64,000 bases of DNA. Origin: Heterodontus francisci. Its lineage: Eukaryota. The stretch spans positions 620,001 through 684,000 of the forward strand of contig NW_027140825.1 in NCBI RefSeq assembly GCF_036365525.1. The letters are read 5' to 3'. Below are positions 61,816-64,000 of this stretch, one piece after another. The notes under the pieces were generated by a model. It saw only the letters and a list, made by a program, of their open reading frames with translations. It was not told the DNA's origin and did no database searches. Each line of letters begins with the position of its first letter. Positions within the stretch are counted from its first letter, which is position 1. The position numbers and the translations under genes were made by a program.

Positions 61816-62336
61816 ATGTATCTGTTACTGACTCTGATCACTCTGATTCACCGTAAGGGACTTCATTGAAACAATAATTCTACTTCACATTTCTGGAGGT
61901 TATGTTTTTATTTATTTCTCTCTCTCTTTCTCTCTTTCTCTCTCCCCCACTGACTGAATGTTCCTGTTTATTGATCTCCTCCTCTCCCTGTCTCTTTCCC
62001 AGATGTGAACTCACAGACTATCCACCAGACTCCCGCCGCTGTCTCCAAATATTCTGGGGAGAAGGTGAAGCTGAAATGCACTGTGCAGGGCAGCAGTAAC
62101 CCTGAGATGTTCTGGTACAGACAATACCCGGGGAAGGAGACTAGTTTATGTTTTATTCCACGGATACTAATCACATAAATCCGGAGGAGGCGTTGGAGGG
62201 TTTCACCGCCGAGAGACCGAGCAACTCCGACTTCAACCTGGAGTCCTCCAGCCTCCGGGAGAATCACTGGGCCGTGTATTTCTGTGCCTGGAGTCTTCAC
62301 AGTGACTCAGAGAGATGGAGAAGTTCAACAACAACA
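61816..62336 (+). pseudogene. TRBV30-like V pseudogene (1-nt frameshift near 62140); leader 61816-61852, V exon from 62003, RSS 62298-62336
   Basis: SQTIHQTP..LKCTVQGSSNPEMFWYRQYPGKE, then a frameshift to MFYS..CAWSL; nonamer ACAACAACA is degenerate. Confidence 0.88.
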
Positions 62337-63752
62337 CCAAAGGCAGCAGGAAACACCTGTGGAGGATAAAACAGCTCGGAGCCTCGAACTTCTTTCGTTT
62401 TGCAGAGAGAAAGTGTTTATGATAACAAGAAGAGATGGGTTTGAGTGGTAGTGAGAGATTAGATATACAGGTAATGGAGAATGCGCAAAGAACAATTAAC
62501 AAGAATAACACCAGATCTGAGGTTGTAACTATCAGGAAGAATTAACTATAAAACGACTGAGTTTTACTGCACTGACACTGAGTTTTCTTCCTCTATATTG
62601 TTAACGGAGGGTGCTCCAGGACCATGAATACACAATGGCCTGCAAAACATTTAATAGGAAAACAGAAAGAGGCAGAGGTCATCCAGCCCTCCAGCTTCAT
62701 ACACATGGACAGGAGAAGGACATTCATCACCTTAGAGAGGGATACACACACACAGTGAGAGAGACAAAGAGAGGGAGACCGAGTGTGAGAGAGGGTCAGA
62801 ACGAGATTTAGAGGAAAACTGACAGAGACAACAGACTGAAAAAGAGAGACTGAGACAGAGAGACTGAGACAGAGAGGGGAACAGAGAGACTGAGACAGAG
62901 AGACTGAGAGAAAAAGTCTGAGAGAAAGAGAGAATGATACTGAGAGAATGAGACCAAGAAACTGAAACAGAGAAGAGGACAGAGAGGGAGACAGAGACGG
63001 TGACAGAGAGGAGGACAGAGAAAGGGACCAAGAAAGGTTGAGAGAGAGCGAGAGCGATAGAAAGAGAGAACAAAGATCCAGAGAACTGAGAGAGAAAACA
63101 AGAAAGACCGAGCGACAGAGACTGAGAGAAAAAAAAGAAAACACAGATGAAGAGACTGAGACATATTGGCAGACAGACAGACAGACACACACACACACAC
63201 ACACACACACAAAGAAAGAGAGAGGGACAGAAAGACAAAGAGCAGTAAAACAGAGAGGGACAGTGAACTAAAGACAGAGCGAGTGAAAAACACACACACA
63301 CACGCACAGCTTTGTATTCGTGCCCATTCATCTTCCAGCTCATTGAATTAGAATATCCGTGATCTCAGGATAGTAACTGTCAGGGAAGAATAACAATGAA
63401 AGGAGTGGGGCTGTTATAGACTGACACTGTGTATATTTTCACCACAGGGATAGCTGAGGACGCTCGAGGACCATGTGATGCACAATGGCTTTGAGAAGGA
63501 GTTCATAGGATAACTCAAACAGTGGGAGATCATACAGTCCTCCAGGTTGATATACATGACCAGGAGAAGGACACCCACCTCCTTAGAGAGAAAGAGAGAT
63601 AGAGGGAGAGACAAAGAGAGAGACTGAGAGAGAGAGAGACCTAGTGTGTGTGCGAGAGAGAGAGACTGAGATAAAGAGACTGAAACCTATAGGGAGGTAG
63701 AGAATGAGAGACAGAGACAGAGCGAAAGAAAGAAACAGCGCAGGTAAGAGAC

Positions 63753-63794
<42 letters not shown>

Positions 63795-63961
63795 TGGGAC
63801 ATTGGCAACCAACTCGATTCTCATTTGTTGATGAGTTGATCACTTCCTAATGCTCTCCCTGTTCCTCCCAATGATTTGTAAAGAGTGGGTTGGTTATTAA
63901 CAACACTCATCATTCCTGCTCTCTCCCCTTTGCAGATTCAGAGGGCAGCTTAAAGGAAAAG

Positions 63962-63998
63962 ATGTATCTGTTACAGACTCTGATCACCCTGTTTCACC
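63962..63998 (+). CDS. Leader exon of the next TRBV30-like V (V exon outside window)
   Basis: ATGTATCTGTTACAGACTCTGATCACCCTGTTTCACC|GT, near-identical to the leader at 58901, with the same upstream promoter block. Confidence 0.85.
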   Translation, partial: MYLLQTLITLFH

Positions 63999-64000
63999 GT

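Noticed and set aside
1-64000. D, J or C segments and trypsinogen genes expected of a TRB locus
   Set aside because: No 12-RSS with FGxG J motif, C1 domain exon or trypsin motif was seen by eye; a short D or J could have been missed.

Overview
Eukaryotic, repeat-rich DNA from a cartilaginous fish (shark-type V-SINE/HE1, DeuSINE, CR1/L2 and Penelope-like repeats; three N gaps). It is part of a rearranging antigen-receptor V array, most likely the T-cell receptor beta locus. I find 8 V segments plus one leader at the window edge, and every V has a 23-bp-spacer RSS. Five are TRBV30-like (SQTIHQ...CAWS/CASS): three have intact frames, one of which is inverted, and two are disabled by single lesions. 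One intact, atypical Ig-like V has a short CDR2 containing two extra Cys, and two relic Vs resemble it. No D, J or C segments were seen. Two intact non-receptor genes, which I spliced by hand, lie antisense among the V segments. (1) A 247-aa secreted AID/APOBEC-like deaminase of the SNAD type (49287-51393, minus), whose zinc-binding HxE motif reads CxE. (2) A ~392-aa secreted protein with two GP2/uromodulin-type D8C/D10C decoy domains, a Ser/Thr/Pro/Glu stalk and a short SEA-like tail, but no ZP module or membrane anchor (19860-34641, minus). Also present: a segmental duplication whose second copy lost a V gene at a SINE, Penelope-type minimal hammerhead motifs, and several satellites. Family assignments come from motif recognition; no database search was run.
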